Source: the human T2T-CHM13v2.0 reference genome, Homo sapiens. Taken from it: a stretch of DNA of 64,000 bases. The translations under genes were made by a program, and so were the position numbers. This document shows, piece by piece, positions 1 to 16,989 of the stretch. Numbering within the stretch: position 1 is the first letter of the stretch; every line of letters starts with the position of its first letter. Under the pieces are notes generated by a model. It made no database searches. It saw nothing but the letters and a program-made list of their open reading frames with translations, and was not told where the DNA came from. The DNA is taken from the NCBI RefSeq assembly GCF_009914755.1, contig NC_060930.1, one strand, 5' to 3'.

Positions 1-1758
<1,758 letters not shown>

Positions 1759-1789
1759 TATCATACAGGCGGTCAACTTCTCTCCATTT

Positions 1790-2230
1790 TCTCTGCCCAC
1801 ACTTTTATCCAATCCTCCAACATCTCTCGCCTGACTACTGTAATAGCCTCTTAATAGGTATATTTTCTTTCACTATTGGCTCCCTAAAATCCATATGCAG
1901 CAAAAGTGATCTCAAACCACACGTGAGACACCACTTCCACTCAACAACTGGCACTAAGAATAAAACTAAAACTCATGACCAAGTCAATTAAGCCCCTAGA
2001 AGATCTGGCCCTTGCCTACCTTCCCCCCACCTCTCTTAACGATTCTCTTCCTCATTATACTCCTGGCCTCTTTCCATCCCTTGAACACACTAACTAGGCT
2101 TTTTGCTACTTTGAGGTCTTTGCACTTCTATTTGTTCTGCCTAGAAAGGTCCTCTCTGATGACTTTAGATTTCAGTTCAAATCTCAGCTCAGAGAGGCTG
2201 CCCGGACCTACATAGCTATCATTCCCTGTC
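1790..2230 (+). mobile_element. L2 3'-region fragment
   Basis: cctgactactgtaatagcctc...ctcagctcagagaggc resembles a degenerate L2 3' consensus. Confidence 0.5.
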
Positions 2231-2239
2231 ACTCTCTAG

Positions 2240-2520
2240 CACGGTGCTTCCCAAACTATCTGTGATGAAGGACCCATTGTTTTTCATTGTCAATCTGTCA
2301 TAAAACTTTTGTAAAAATTCAATAAAAAATTTTCTTTTAAAAATGTAACTTTAAAAACATATAAAATACAAGCCCAAAATTCTCATTATCAGCATTAACA
2401 GTCAAAAAATCTATCATATTACCATAAAAGTCTCTTGTTTTCTGTGTTTATACCATTGGGAACCATTGTAATCAGCACACAACTGTCAGCAGATAAGACT
2501 GTGACATTGCTCCAGTGTGC
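2240..2520. mobile_element. hAT-Charlie-type DNA transposon fragment
   Basis: Starts with a hAT-like end (gtgcttcccaaact). Similar to the element at 37085-37340. Confidence 0.4.
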
Positions 2521-5500
2521 CACCAAGCTAATTCCTTTCACAATACTTGCCACACTCTAGAGTCGCTATTCATTTATGTGTTGATCTGTACCAGACACTG
2601 TTTTAGGCACTGGAATTGAAGCGATCAACAAAACAGACAAGATCCCTGCACTCACAGGGCTCACGTTCTATGGTGGAGGCCCAGGGAGGATAGGCTATTG
2701 GTCAAGCCGACAAGGCAAAGCCAGCTTTAAACTTAGATTTGACTCCACGGTTTTTCCTGAGTTCTGAAAAATCTTCAGCACTTAGCTAAGCAGTGAAGTA
2801 TGCCAAATGCATCCTAATCAGGGAGGAAGAAATGAAAGCTGGGATACAATTACTGAACAAACTTAAGTTTTTTCAAAGTTGATATCAACAACAACATCCT
2901 CCTACAAAACATGCCTGTGGTCACCGCCAGCTGCAGCATATTGGCATGCATCTGATCCAATGTGGTACTTCTGACTCTCATGTACACCACCATTTCTTCC
3001 TCAAAACTACTGCACTTTACATTACGTATTCTTTGTATTGTACACCAACCAAATATTTTAATCAAAATAATTACTTCTAAATTGGTAAACATTGAGATAC
3101 CAACTCTGAGGATCCAACAATGTGGAAGAGTTAAACATCTTCAACGAGTGTCTGGAGCCAACAACAATAAATACAGTTACAGCCATTTTACTCATTTTCC
3201 ACAGCTAAACTGCCCAGATGTGTACCAAGGCTGCCCTGTGTCATTCCACCCTGTGTGCAAGTTCCTTCACCCACATGTCTCAGATGAGCAGTTAAAAGAG
3301 CCACCCAAGATGTAATCAATGCCTAAATACTGCCACCCTAGGGCCAAGATAATGTTAAACCTAACAAATCCATAACCCAATTTCCTGAAGCCTCATCAGC
3401 TTGTGATTAAAATAAGGTCCCCATTCAGAACACATCAGCCTCGTCTATGTAGTAAGGCTGGGGCTGCACCCTGAGTTTCTAGAATATGCTCACATTCCTT
3501 CCACTGTCATTCAATCAACTCATTATCTCCCCCAAAACTCTGCAGATTGTTATTATTCCCATTTTACAAATGAGAAAACTGAGAACCACGCGTTTAGTAA
3601 TAATTCTCAAAAAATAAGTTAACATATATTTATTAAATTCTTATATTAAATACAATGTTCTTACCAATGAGTCCCAAACTTGGCTAGGCTTCAAGTCACC
3701 CAAACTGTAGTGAACAGAGTTGCCAGGTGGTTCTAATGAAGCCAAACTGGCACTAGGAACCAATGAAATTTGCCATGTAAAAACCAAGTGTACAAACAGA
3801 AACATAAAGGGAATGTAGGAAAATGAAATCTACTCATTTCCACAGCCTATGCGGACCGCTGCAATGTTTTAATGTACAATGTTAATAGAATACTGTTTGT
3901 GTAGCAATTCAAAAATCACTTCAGATGTTTATGTTACTGTAATCAGGGGATATTTTTAAGTATCCCTTAAAATTAGCAAAAATACCAATTAATGAAATCT
4001 GGCATAAGTCTACCTACTCAACTTAGCTGATTCCCAAAATAAGGCAAAGGGCACTATTTAAAGATTTCCATTAATACACTTGAATATCTGAATCAACCTG
4101 GATGAAAGAGGAATCTATAACAAGCCCCTACAGTTACTTCTGCAGAAACAATGTGTTCGCTAGCCTTTCCATAATAAATTAAACATGCTAAAAGAACTTC
4201 ATCTCTGTATTTGATGTCCCTTCCAGCTGCCTTCAAGCATTTGCTCTAATACACACTGAAGACCATTGTTTAGGTATATTTATTAATTTAGAGAAAAAAA
4301 ATCCATTCTGTCAAGCAAGTACTAAAAACCACACAACCACCTACACAGTTTCGCTTAGGAGGATCTGACTAATCAAGGTGAAGAACTGAAATTACTGAGT
4401 GGTTATGTACTAATTCTCTCACTGTTGGAGTTTAAAACGGGTGCCTAAAAGAAGTCTGTATTTGGATTTGCCACATTGCACAAATAGTATATATACGTGT
4501 ACATATATTTCATATTTATAATTATGCATGTGGATAAGCTTTATACTTTCGATAAAAAGTCTACTATTAAACATTAGTGATTCTCTATGTTTAAAAACAA
4601 TAAATGTAAAAACTTTACCAGATCATTAAAACATCCTAAATGATTCTTGCTCTTTAGTCAATCGTATTTCCTATTTTCCTCTATATTGTGTATATTGTAT
4701 GAATTTTACAATGACAGAGATATTCTTCATTCATCAGCAAAGTTCACAAAAGAAATGGATGAGTAAGTTGGCTTCAGCTGGTCCTTTCTGCACTGAGGCA
4801 GGAAGATGTCTCAGGCTGGTGTGCAGGTAAAGCGTTCCTGTCTCAGGCCAAGGAGTGGCCCCTACCTGTCTTCAGATTCTACTTCACTTCTACCCCACTG
4901 GTCTGGGATGAAGTCACAGTGGCCTACAAGACCTGTGGGAAGTACGTTTCCTTCTTTTATCACCAGCAAATGTTCATATTTCTCTCAGTTTGGTTTACCT
5001 ATGGCACCAACAGTCATGTCACAAGCTTGACTCTCATCCAAGCAGACCTAAACTACTCCTTAGAGAAGTAGTGAGCTCTGAGACAAAATGCAAAATGGAA
5101 GAAACACAAAAATGCCTCCTCACAGTGTTCTATTTAGAAAAAATTTACATTGAGAGATACAGTGCTTGCTATGCCTCATTTCACTTAATCCACCATGAGA
5201 TCCTATCCTATGAGAGTGGTGCCACCATCACTCTGCCTACTTTCCAGAAAAGAACATTAAGGTTTAAATTTGAGAAAGCTTTGCTTAAGATGACACATCA
5301 AACGAGTAGAACAGTAAAGACTTAAACCCTAGGCTGTGACTTTTGTCTGCCTTTCTTTTACTGCAACAGACAATAGAAAAATAGCATCCACATTAGGAGA
5401 AAATGAAGAAAGGTTTTCACACTGAAATTATTTTATTCAAGGAGACTGTTATTTAAAAAGGGCTTCAATAAAATTTCTAAAGAACAGGAAATTGTGGATT

Positions 5501-8388
5501 CAAACCACCACTCTCGTTTCAGAATCACTATTCAATTCTTGCCTCTAAAATCCTAGGAAACAATATCCACAAGTAATTTGCCTAGGAAAGGAGAACAGTC
5601 AAGCCTTCAGCCTCCTTGCAGAGCATTCAGCTTAGGATGGTAATGATTAGCACACTAACCCAGGTCTGTTAATAACTGACAAGTCAATTCCATACACATG
5701 CAGGCTGGTTCTCAATTCAGGCTGACAACCTGCTGCATCACTGGGGGCAACATGCCCACCGAGGAGGGGGACTCAAAGCATCAAGAAGCACACACAGAGG
5801 CTCCTGCTCTGGAGACAGCTGGAGTACAAATCCGGTTATTTTACCCAAATGCTCAGAAATGTCTCCTCAGACACAAAGTCCAATTTAGCTGAAATGCATC
5901 AATGGCCAAAAAATAATTTTAGCTTTCTTATTCAACACCTTAATTCCAAAACCAAAGGTAATTTAGCACTGCCTATAAAAACAGTATCAGCAACCTTCTT
6001 TTAGTCTCCCCAGCTGCCTCATCTGGGATGTCTGAAACTATCATATGCTGGTCACTAATCCATCTCTCCCCTTGAGAGCCAAAGGGAAAAAATGCTATTT
6101 TGATATGGACGGGGATTCATTACTGAAGTAGGAAAAAGTAGTTAAGAGGTTTTAATTCGTACTCTTTGCAGCAATGAAGTATGTTCCAGGTAATTTCACT
6201 TCTAAAGATTTCAAGTTATTGCTTCATCGACAATGGTTAGGTTCCTCACTAAGTGTCAGGATATCAAGATGACAAGTCTTGATTCTCAAGGAATTTACTG
6301 TCCCATCATAATGATAAGCCAATAACTGACTGATTATAACATACAACAGAAGACTGCGAGGCAGGCGAGGGCACATGTTGCAAAGGAGGAACCATGAGGC
6401 CTTCTAAGTGCATGAAATTTGAGCTGGGTTATAAGGAATGGTGGGAGAGCCACAGGTGAGGACGTGGAAGAGGCTGCCATACCCAGAAACAACAAGGTGG
6501 GCCCTGGAGAAAGATCAGCAGGGTAAGGTAAGAGAACACTCAACAGCCCACTATGGCCAAAGCTTGCCATACATAGAAGAGAGAGAACTGGGGTGACCGT
6601 GTCACAAAGCTAGAACACTTGGCTGAAGAGCTGAACTCAGTATCAGAAGGCTGCTCTAAGAAAACAAATTTCATAGTTATATGAACTGGTGGAGAACACT
6701 GAATCTAGTAAAACCAATGAGACTGCAAAATACCAAGTGAGGGTTAATAAAAACATGGACAGGAAAGGGACAAGGATAGATAAGAAAAATGAAAGAGACA
6801 GAACACACGGTGACTGGTCTGAGGGAAAAAAGGGAGCAGAAAACTGTTCAAAGGCAACTGGTGTTTTGAGTCTGGGTTACAGGGAGGTTAGCCAAGCAAA
6901 CAACAGAGGTAGGAGTAGGTTGAGAGGAAGGAGACCGTCAGGGGTGCAGATGGGTTGTTTTACCTGTGGTGACTTTCAGATTTAGGGAGAGATTTAGAGA
7001 TATCAAATGGACAACTGGAGATGCAGGAGAATCTTATATGCGGAGGGTTAATTTTTCAGTCCATAATGGTGATTCCCAAATCCATATGACCATCAGAATC
7101 AGCTGGGGAACCTGTCCTCCCCCAAAAGTCCCACCCTAAGAAATCCTAAGTAAATCTGGGATGGGGCCCAGGAATCCTATGATTTAGAAGCCCAGGGTGG
7201 GAGCCACTGCCCTCTGTGCTCTGCTCACTCTGCACTTCATAATCTCCTGCCTTCATAGTTCTGAATATACATCCAGAGCATTTTTCTGGGGGAAGGGACA
7301 TTTGCAGAATGTGAAACTAGTACACTGCTCTGGAGGATTGGAAGCACACTCTCACATTTGAAAATAATTACTTCTCAGTCTGTATTCTACCCGTTCTGGG
7401 GAATGGCTTTGATATGCTACTACATAACTGATGGTCTAGGTCGGCAAAGTAACAACTACTACAACACAGAGATCAATTCTGCTCAAACTTAAAGTGACCA
7501 AGATAACTCATGACTCCAGGACTACTGGGTTGGTAACAATGTGTAGTAAGCAGCGTTTCTGTTTTAATAATGGAGCGCAGTGAGATTATGGGGTAACTCG
7601 TGGTATCAAATGTGAACCTTTTATAGACTCCTGGCTCCAAGTCCTTTCACTACTCCCATCTCCTTTTCCACCCCATCAAGGTGAGATCATTAAGCTCAGG
7701 AAGGCAGCTCAGCCAACGGAAAACATTCAACCTTCAACTTTTAATAAAGTACAAAATGCTTTTATTTTATATTTTATTTCTGAAAATAACCACATCAGGG
7801 AAAAAAGAGCAAATGTGGAATGGGAACCTGACATTGCAAACTATGGGAATTTTATTTTTTAAACGTTTCTAATAAAAGCAAATATAGTTTAGTATGACTA
7901 ACCCTAACCCCATTTTGATTGCTTGTTTTCTCACTTTTGTTTAAAAAAATAGTAAAAGGAAACCTTTTATGCACTCACTATAATATACTGTGAAATTCAC
8001 ATAAAATTTCTCATTTAATTCTCACAGTTATTCTGCTCTGTAAGTAATCTCATGATCCTCACTTCTACAGATAAAAACACCAAGGCTCAGACAAGTCATG
8101 TTTTTGCTCAAGGTCTCACTTCTCATGGGGGAAGAACTAGAATTCCCACCCAGTGTTTCCTGAGGTCAGTGTCCTCTCGGACAGGACCCCAAGAGGCTGC
8201 CACAATTTGGGAGAGAATACTTTTTTCTGGATTCCACCAGCGGCCAAGTTACCTCACCCTCCCTGACACAGCACATGTTTTTTTGCAAAAAAGACTGCAC
8301 TCTCTTGGGGAAGGAAACCAGTGGCACCATCCTCCACTTGGCAGCACCTATCACTGCCTATCACAAAGAAGGTTCTTAACAGTCCTAT

Positions 8389-10588
8389 TGATGGCAGCAG
8401 GGGGCTGTCCACGGCAGGGGAGGCGTGGGTGGTGGCGGGAGGCGGCAGCAGGAGCGGCTGCAGGAGCAGCAATGGCAAAGGTGGGTCCCCTGTGCCCCGT
8501 GTCCCCAAGGCAGCAAACTGTGCTGCCCCCACCCTCATGTGGCCAGGCAGGACCCGCTCCCAGGCCTGGAACATCAGTGGCTCCGGACCCTAGCCCCACA
8601 CCACCACTCTCACCCACAACTGCTGCGGGGAGGGCACCAGGAGGAGGCAGCACTGGGGGACCCAGGGCGGGAGGGGGAAATGGGAGCAGTGCCCACTACA
8701 GGGACCCAGCCAGTGGTGCGGTCACCACGCCCACTGCACCAAGGGTGCCGTGTTCTTGCGCCCCCAGAGAGGACTCTGCACAGGGCCACCCACAGCCATG
8801 TCCCCAGGGGTCCGCCCCGCATGGGGTGACCACCGGGCCTGACACTCCCGACCCGCTATCCGCTCCTGGAGGCACCCCCTGGGGAAGGGCCGCAAGCGGG
8901 ATGAGGGGGAGCTCTAGGCTGCCCCTGAGTGCGGGGGCCACGGGGGAGCTCACAGTGATGTCCCTGGACACCAGCCCAGGCCCAGCAAGGACCTAGAGCC
9001 CCCAGGCTGCAAGGGGGCACAGCTGGGACTTCCCGCTTCATGGAACCGGGAGCCAGGAGCAGGCACCAGCCCTGCCCTCCCAGACACATCTGCAGCCGCC
9101 CAGGTGGGGCTGTGGACCCGGGCCTCTCTGCACTCTTGGGGGCCCTGGAAGGCCCCCGCCTTGCCCTTGCAGGCTCGGAGGTGCCTACCTCCACTGTCTG
9201 GCCTCTCCCCGCTCCAGGCACCTGCTATGATCTCCGAATGGGGTTGGGGCCAAGCCGGGGAGCTGTCACAGCCCAGCCAGGTATGTGAGGGTCCTGCCAC
9301 CTCAGCTCCCTCCAGACTCTGTGTGCTGACAAGCATGGGATGTGGAACCTAGGGGGACACTGAGAGCAGCTTGATGCTGGCCTGCAGGTACCCCATGGAT
9401 GAGCAGCCTGGGTACCACAGACCATGGCAGGAAGCAGACAGGCTCCGGGGTGGAAGGGGGTAGGTCCCTGGTGAGACCCCACCTTCAGGCCAGGGAGGGC
9501 ATGAAGGCTGGGAGCCAGGCCACCAGTCCCACAGACCACACTGCAGGCTTATGGTGACTTTTCTGGGCCTGCCCATGACCACCCATGGACCAACTGGCAC
9601 ACACTTCCTCCACTCTGAGGCCCATAAAAGCCCCGGGCTCAGCTAGAGCAGGGCAGGGGATGGGGAGAAGATGAGATGACCAGATGCAGAGAGGAGCTAC
9701 TCTCTCTGCTAAGAGCTGCAGAGACAATGGGACAAGCTGCCTACAGAGAGAAGCCACCCACTCTAGGGCCTCCTCTGTGCCGACAGCTGCAGACTACAGG
9801 AGCTACCCTCTCTGCTGACAGCTGAACACTTGTTGGGATGACCAGCTGCAGAGAGGAGCTACCCTCTCTGCTAGGAGCTGAACACTCATCGGGACACCCT
9901 GGCTATGGAGAGGAGCTGCCCACTGTGGGTCTTCTCTGAGCTGTTCTATTACTCAATAAAGCTCCTCTTTGCCTTGCTCACCCTCCACTTGTCTGCGTAC
10001 CTCAGTCTTCCTGGTCACAAGACAAGAACTCAGGACCCACTAAATGGCAAGGCTAAAAGAGCTGTAACACACACAGGGCTGAAACATGCTCCTCACTCAT
10101 CAAATTGCAGGTGAAGAGGGGAGAACAGCTGTGGTCCTTCAAGGAGCCCTGACCTGGGAGCTCCCCAAGCCAGGGCTGTGACTCCTTCTTTGGGGCCCCA
10201 TGGTTCCTGGCATCTCCAAGCTTCTGGGAGCCATTGCATTCCTTGGTGCCAGCTGGGGAAGCTGTCTGCAGTGCACCTGGTCCAGCCGCAGCCTCACAGA
10301 GAGCCAGTGCCCATGCTGGCACCTAGAGCTGACAGCCCCACAGCAGCAGCCAGCATGTCTGACTGTGCAGTAGCCCAACCCCGCACTCACTCACACACGT
10401 CTTGCCAGTCCACGCCTGACTCAGTCTCCCTTGGAGGTGTGGGATCCAGGCCGGTACCATGAGCTAAGTGCAGCCTGCCAGGCCAAGTGGGAGGAACAAG
10501 CCCAGCAGGCCCAAACAAAAGTTGGACAAAGACACCACTGGCCACAGCTTTCCAACCAGAAAAATGACACCCCAAAGATCCTGTAACA
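8389..10588 (+). mobile_element. MER52-family (probably MER52D, ERV1) solo LTR, 2200 bp
   Basis: TG...CA termini (tgatggcagcag...aagatcctgtaaca). Perfect 4-bp TSD CTAT at 8385-8388 and 10589-10592. GC-rich, with internal gaggagctaccctctctgct repeats at ~9690-9920, CATAAAA at 9623 and AATAAA at 9955-9960. Confidence 0.85.
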
Positions 10589-10639
10589 CTATTTCCAGAA
10601 AGTGGCAGAGAAATGTGCTAGGGCTTAACCATTGGCTCT

Positions 10640-11290
10640 GATAGCCCTCATCCCAGGATCCCTAAGGAGGGTTTTGGGAATTTGTGAACGTTTCAGTTGT
10701 CACAATCACTGGGGGATGCTACTGGCACTGAGTGGGTGGAAACCAGGAACACTAGAGGTCCTAAGACACCCAGGACAGTCTGCACGGCCAAAGACTTCTG
10801 CATTCCTCACAACTTCCTCAAGTCCTGCTGAATATTCACGTGGGTAAAAAACCTGTTTATAATTGTCTGAGCGTAAAACCTCACTCAAGTTATTACATAG
10901 GCACAACGTATGTGTTACAAAGTATGTGTTAAACAGGAAGACTACCATTTTATTCCAAATTTAACCAAATTTGACCATTTCAAGAAACAATGACACCAAC
11001 AGCACACCACCAGTGCTTGCTGAGTCTCCACTGCCATCCACGTGCCACAGTCTGCATCTGCAGCTGCCACAGCAGGGATGCTCCCAAAGTGTGGCCTCTG
11101 AGCAGTTCCTCCACACCCTAGGCAGCAGGGTCTCCACATCTGAATACTGAGATGCAAGTTCTCCTGGCAAACAACTTGCTTTTCATTTCCTTTTTCACTG
11201 TCATAAAAAGGGTATATGGATTTTTTTAAATAACATGTGTAATTAGGATATGTTATTCACAAATTTCATTTTAGGATTGTAAAGGTGGCA
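10640..11290. mobile_element. MER20/MER20B-like hAT DNA transposon remnant
   Basis: gttgtcacaatcactgggggatgctactggcactgagtgggtgga...caggacagtc resembles the MER20 core. Confidence 0.5.
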
Positions 11291-11327
11291 AATACACATG
11301 AAATAGCCAGATGGATTCCTGGAATAG

Positions 11328-11650
<323 letters not shown>

Positions 11651-13329
11651 AAAAATGCTATTTTTTTTTAAAAAAAAAGAAGCATTATAAATATGATGTG
11701 TCTTTCTCAATTCAGCATGATGTAAGTCAAGTTAGGTAGTTCCCATGCCTCAGGAAATCCTGGCTTAATCTCAGCTCTGTCAGCAGTTTGGACTGTGTGT
11801 GTGTGTGAGGGGAGGAAAAGGCATCTATTGATTAAGGTGCTTCTGTATTCTCCATTGAGTTCTTCTTGAGTTCAAGGTTAATTTTTTAAATCACTGTAAT
11901 CTTTGAATGTTCTTTAAAAGAACATTAAAGCAGAGAGAAATGGCATTATAATATTCACAATACAAAAAATTAAGACTTGTAAAGAAGAGTGAAGAAAGTT
12001 GGGGAAAATATGCTTCATGATTCTTAAAGGTCGATTCCTCATGGAATATATTTTAAACATACACACATACATATATAGTTGTTTAAACCCAATAAATAAA
12101 CATTTCAGCTAAAAGTATTATAACACTAAATTATATCTTTAAGCATTTTTACCAATTTTACTTCCTTACTTTATCAATCATGTTTCACATCTCTAATTTC
12201 TTTATCATTATAACAAATTTCAATTTTTATATCAAGATACCAATATAAATAAAAGACAATTAAGGTTAAAAAGTGCTACACGCACACACTTTTTGGTTAT
12301 TTTATTTCCTAAACATGGAAGAGGGGAAAACACAAACAATTTCTTCCACACGTGTCACACACAGTAAACATTCTTTCAAATCACGTCAGTTTCCTTGACA
12401 AAAATTAATACCTTAATAAAGATCCATTGTTTAAAACTCTTGGTTACCACTTGGCTAGCCATGCATAAAACAGGACAATTAGTACAGTCAACTGAACATT
12501 ATCAAGACTTTCAGACACAGTGACACTGTTCCAGCCAAGCACAGTAGTGATGTTCCGTGAATGCTGCTCTGTCAGCCACAATTACCCCTTAAACAGCCTT
12601 TGGAATTATCAGCCTGTACTTTGCTAAAAAGAAAAAGAAAACATTATTTTAAATAATATCAATAAAAATCTTTGTTTCCTTTCTGAGGTAATTATACACA
12701 CATGAAGTTAGCAAGGGTAAAATCATAGTAATTTTAAAACACATGCTTAAAAGCTTGCATCTTTTCTCCAGTAAAAGCTTTAACCAGACTTAGTATAAAG
12801 AAAAAACGGATTTGAATTTCACTGTCTTTTCCTTTTTCTTCTTCTGTAGAAGCGATAGTACTTAATGATTCTGTTCAAAAATTCTGAAGCAAAAAGACCT
12901 AGACAAATAGGAAATTAGACGTTACATTTTTGAAGAAGTGTTTTATTTTCCATTATTCCTTAAGGCTATCAGGCCAAAAAAAAAAAAATCTATTCCAAGA
13001 ACTCTGTGATTCAAATATAAAAAGTATGAGAACCAAAACTGAGATGCTATGCCTTGGTCTGCTGAGAACTGTGATAATTTTCTTGAACTTTGCTGCATAT
13101 ATATTCTAAAGTAAAGCAAATACTTTGACATTTTATTCTTTTTATCCTAATGTAAGTGGAAAGCTACAAAGCAACTTCCTTTTCAGGGGATAAAGTAAGT
13201 TTTTAAAAGCCTTCTTTGGAAATAATTAAGTCCATAAAAATTACATGTTGATTTCTTAGGTATTATGTGTCCTTCTTTTTTTCTAAAGAATGAAGGTATA
13301 AAATAAGACAACGTAAACCATGGCAACAA

Positions 13330-13465
13330 GGTTGGGTATGGCAGCTCATGCCTATAACCCCAGCTCTTTGGGAGGCCAAACCAGAAGGCTGGCTTGATAC
13401 CAGGAGTTTGAAACCACCCTGGGCAACATAAGAAAGACCTTGTCTCTACCAAAAAAAAAAAAAAA
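13330..13465 (+). mobile_element. Alu monomer (FLAM-like)
   Basis: Left-arm-only Alu sequence followed by an A-tail. Confidence 0.8.
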
Positions 13466-16400
13466 GTTAATAAAAATAAATATATAAATAATAAATCATG
13501 CTGACAGTTTAAATTTCAACAGTGAAGTTAAACATCTATCTATTAATTTCATTTGCAACTGTGGAGAGTATATGCCAAAATAAATATATACATATATAAG
13601 TAAATAATCATAACATCCCAAGATGACAATTGGGGACTGATTTCAGCCAAAACACAAATAATGTCTAAGTTTTTATTTTATTAAGCAAAACATAAGTTTG
13701 TGCCCAAAAACTTACAAACATTAGTAACAGTTCAAAACAGTCAATCTTCTACTTTAGCATTCTAAGATTGTGTAAAAAACTAGATAAATTATTACAATGG
13801 TTTATATTAAATGGTCTCCCTGAAGTACAAAGCAACTGCAAAACTATAATTATCAAGGACTAAAACACGCAGATGCTATATACTTGAGCCACCTGGTGGT
13901 TTATTTCCCTCACTGCACTGATAAACACCTAGTGCTATGCACACAACCTTAATTAGACTCTACAAGTTTTACTTTTGGTGCCAAGACCAGAAAGAGTTTA
14001 CTTTTACCAAAATGTAGTAATAGTGTGGGTCACAAGGCACAAGTCTACTTGGAAGCACTTAAAAAGTTCACTGTTGCTAAGTACAGAAGGCACTCCTGAA
14101 ATCTACCATAGCAGGTCTCTAGAACTGTTTTCTTATGTTTTTTTCTACAGTGTTTGATGCCTACAGTAAACATAGAATCCAAAACAAATTCAAATAAACT
14201 GCAGATCATGCCTCAGGTTTGCTTGTGGTTTCTTTACCTCTTGCCTAGTTCTGGACAGTTCAGGACAGACCACATTAACTTTTAAAGGTTGCTGTCTTAA
14301 CTGTCAAGCAAGGTAGTAATAGGTGCTCAGAGATGTTGGTTAAAAAACACAGGAAAAAAAGTTAAACAAAAGTACACTCTGTTACCAAGAGGAAAGCTGC
14401 AGAACACCAATCTTTGTGACTCTGACTTCAAATTAGGGACTCTTGGGGTGATCAAGATTTTTATCAAAGCAGAATGTGTCCAAAGCATACCTTTATCTTC
14501 AAGCTTACTAGCCTAACAGCTGGAGTGCATTAGACAGGAGCCATGACAATTCTAATGATAATGGTGGTGATGACTTGATTCTAAACGGATACTTGTCAAA
14601 AAGCCAGTGAAAATTTAAGCCTTTTAACTAGTAAAAGGGTTGCAAGTTAAACCTCTGTGTCCAGCAGCAGTCCCACACCCTTCCTAGGAGAAGCAACTTC
14701 CTCAATTTAAGTTTCAATAATGTCTTATGTGAAGAACGAATAAAGTCAGTATTAAATAATGTCATTAGCAAACTGACACATCCATTATGATAACTGTTCC
14801 CATTACTGGCTTTAGTAGGAGGTGATGCCAGAGGCTCTCCCGCACCATAAGGCAAAGCGCTTCATGTCCCTGACTCATCCAAGCGACTCAAGGCCGCCCA
14901 GCTCTCCAAGTGGAAACACTGAGTGGGAAGGAGGCTCTCAAAGGATGCCTCTATTCCTCCTCCCGCCCAGGTTCTTGGTGGAGGGTAGATGCTATTAAAA
15001 GACTAGTTTCCTGAGGAAGGTAGATAGTTTCAGGGAAAGACCATTTGGCTGGAAGGAGGAGGCTTTGTTGCCAGCTGTTTCTCCAGCTCCACTGCCTGTG
15101 TGGTCCCAAGTAAGTTGCTAAACCTGACCACGTCAAGGGCCAGGTCTATAAAAATGATGACATTTCCCGTAAAAGGGCCTGCCTGGCCCTGCACCATTTG
15201 CCTTCACAAGGGAGCACTGCACTAGAGAAGCTCTGGCTTTGCTGTGAACAAATCAAAAAGTGACACATGGGCTTGGCATTTTCCTCCATGCAAATCAAAG
15301 TATCCCATTTCCCTGAAACACTTTAACAGGATAATATGGCTTTAATTTTCCACACTTCCTAATTCTGGGTGCTAACAGGACACAGCCGCCTTGTGAGAGA
15401 AACAATGGCACAAGTAGGGATGGCAAAGGAAGACACCCCTCTCATGGAAGCCACGTTCTCACAGAGGAGCCCATTCTGCAGGGCTAAAAGGCAGATTTTA
15501 CTTTCTGTCATTCATTTCCTCAAGCTGTTATTGAGAAACAACACAGGTACCAGTGGAGGATGCGTGCATTAGAGTCAGAAAGCCAGGTCTCCCCAAATCC
15601 CATCTCTATCATTTACCATCGGGGAGACACTGTACAAAGTAACTTCTCTGATCATTCCTATCCCCATCTATAAAATGGAAATGATGCACATCGTGCCACA
15701 GGCTTACTGTGAACGAATGATGAGAAAGTGTGTGAAATTTACTAAAATAAGCAGCCACTGGAAGGGAGCCTGAGACCAGGACCAGCCAATGAGAAAAGTA
15801 ACGAAGAATGCAGAACTTGCAGCAGGAGCTAAAGGGTAATTTCCTGGCCATGATGACAAATCTGGCTATGTATACACAGATGCATATGCCTGTACACATT
15901 ATACAGATACATGTAATTCCTGAAGAAGGGGCTGCCTGTCAACAGGCATATCCTCACTTCCTGCCTCAAAATAGGAAAAAAATATTTGTTAGGAAATGAA
16001 ATACATCCAAAATATTTGAGAAAGGGTTTGAGGAACATCCCATAAACCAATGTACCTTGTGTCCCCTTCAATTCTGTTTTTCTTTTCTAAAATGTCAAAG
16101 TATGCTAAGACTCTTCAATGACCAAAAGGTCCAAGTTTATATGAGTTTTTAATCATGTTCCAGAGATCACTGGATAAGAAACAAATAAACAAAAAAAAAA
16201 AAAACAAGAGAATTAAGCAATAAAGAAAAGTAATGCTGCAGAGAAGAAATGAATAAGAAAAATTTCATTTTACTGCTACGAGGTATTTTACAAAATCAGA
16301 AAATTATGTTTGCCTGTGCGAAACTGGAAAATATTAGAACTGCTGAAACTTCTATACCACATCAGACTTCTCAACAAGTTCAAGAAAAACTAAGCATTTT

Positions 16401-16989
16401 GAAATGCATGGTGTCTGGAATAGAAAGGGTAGCAATTGTGGATCCTAAACCAGAAGAATTATACTAGTCTATCTACAGAGGTGTCTCTAGCCTAGCTCTA
16501 AGACCACAATTGGTTAGAATGAGAACAGGTAGAAAACAGACCATTCATAAAGTCAATAATTCAGGCTTGGTAATGGCTTACAGCTTTGCTTATGATGTCC
16601 TTATATCAAGTGTTTGCCATTGCTAACCTAAAGAGAACATACAACTATCTTTATACATAAAGCTGAATCTCTAATCATCTACCCATTTTCCTATCCTAAA
16701 ATATTTCAAAATGTAATTCCCTAATTCATATTAAAAACTTCATATTCAACATTATTCATTTCTTATTGGACATAATGGTATAAATATTTAGACTAATTTA
16801 CCTTTTGTTTTTAACTTCATGTCCACAATACATGGTGGTGTTTACTCATTAATCAAGATTTTCCTAAACTCCATTTAATGAAAATATTTAGTTTTATGGA
16901 TGGCAACAAAGTATTATACTCAAATATCTCTGTTGGACCTTAACAGGAACCCAAAATAAATTAATTCTCTGACACAACAACTCACAGGC

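Noticed and set aside
8052-8996. 314-aa + strand ORF, the longest in the window
   Set aside because: It starts in MIR-like/unique sequence and crosses the TSD into the GC-rich MER52 LTR. The product is low-complexity Pro/Gly/Ala with no recognisable domain.
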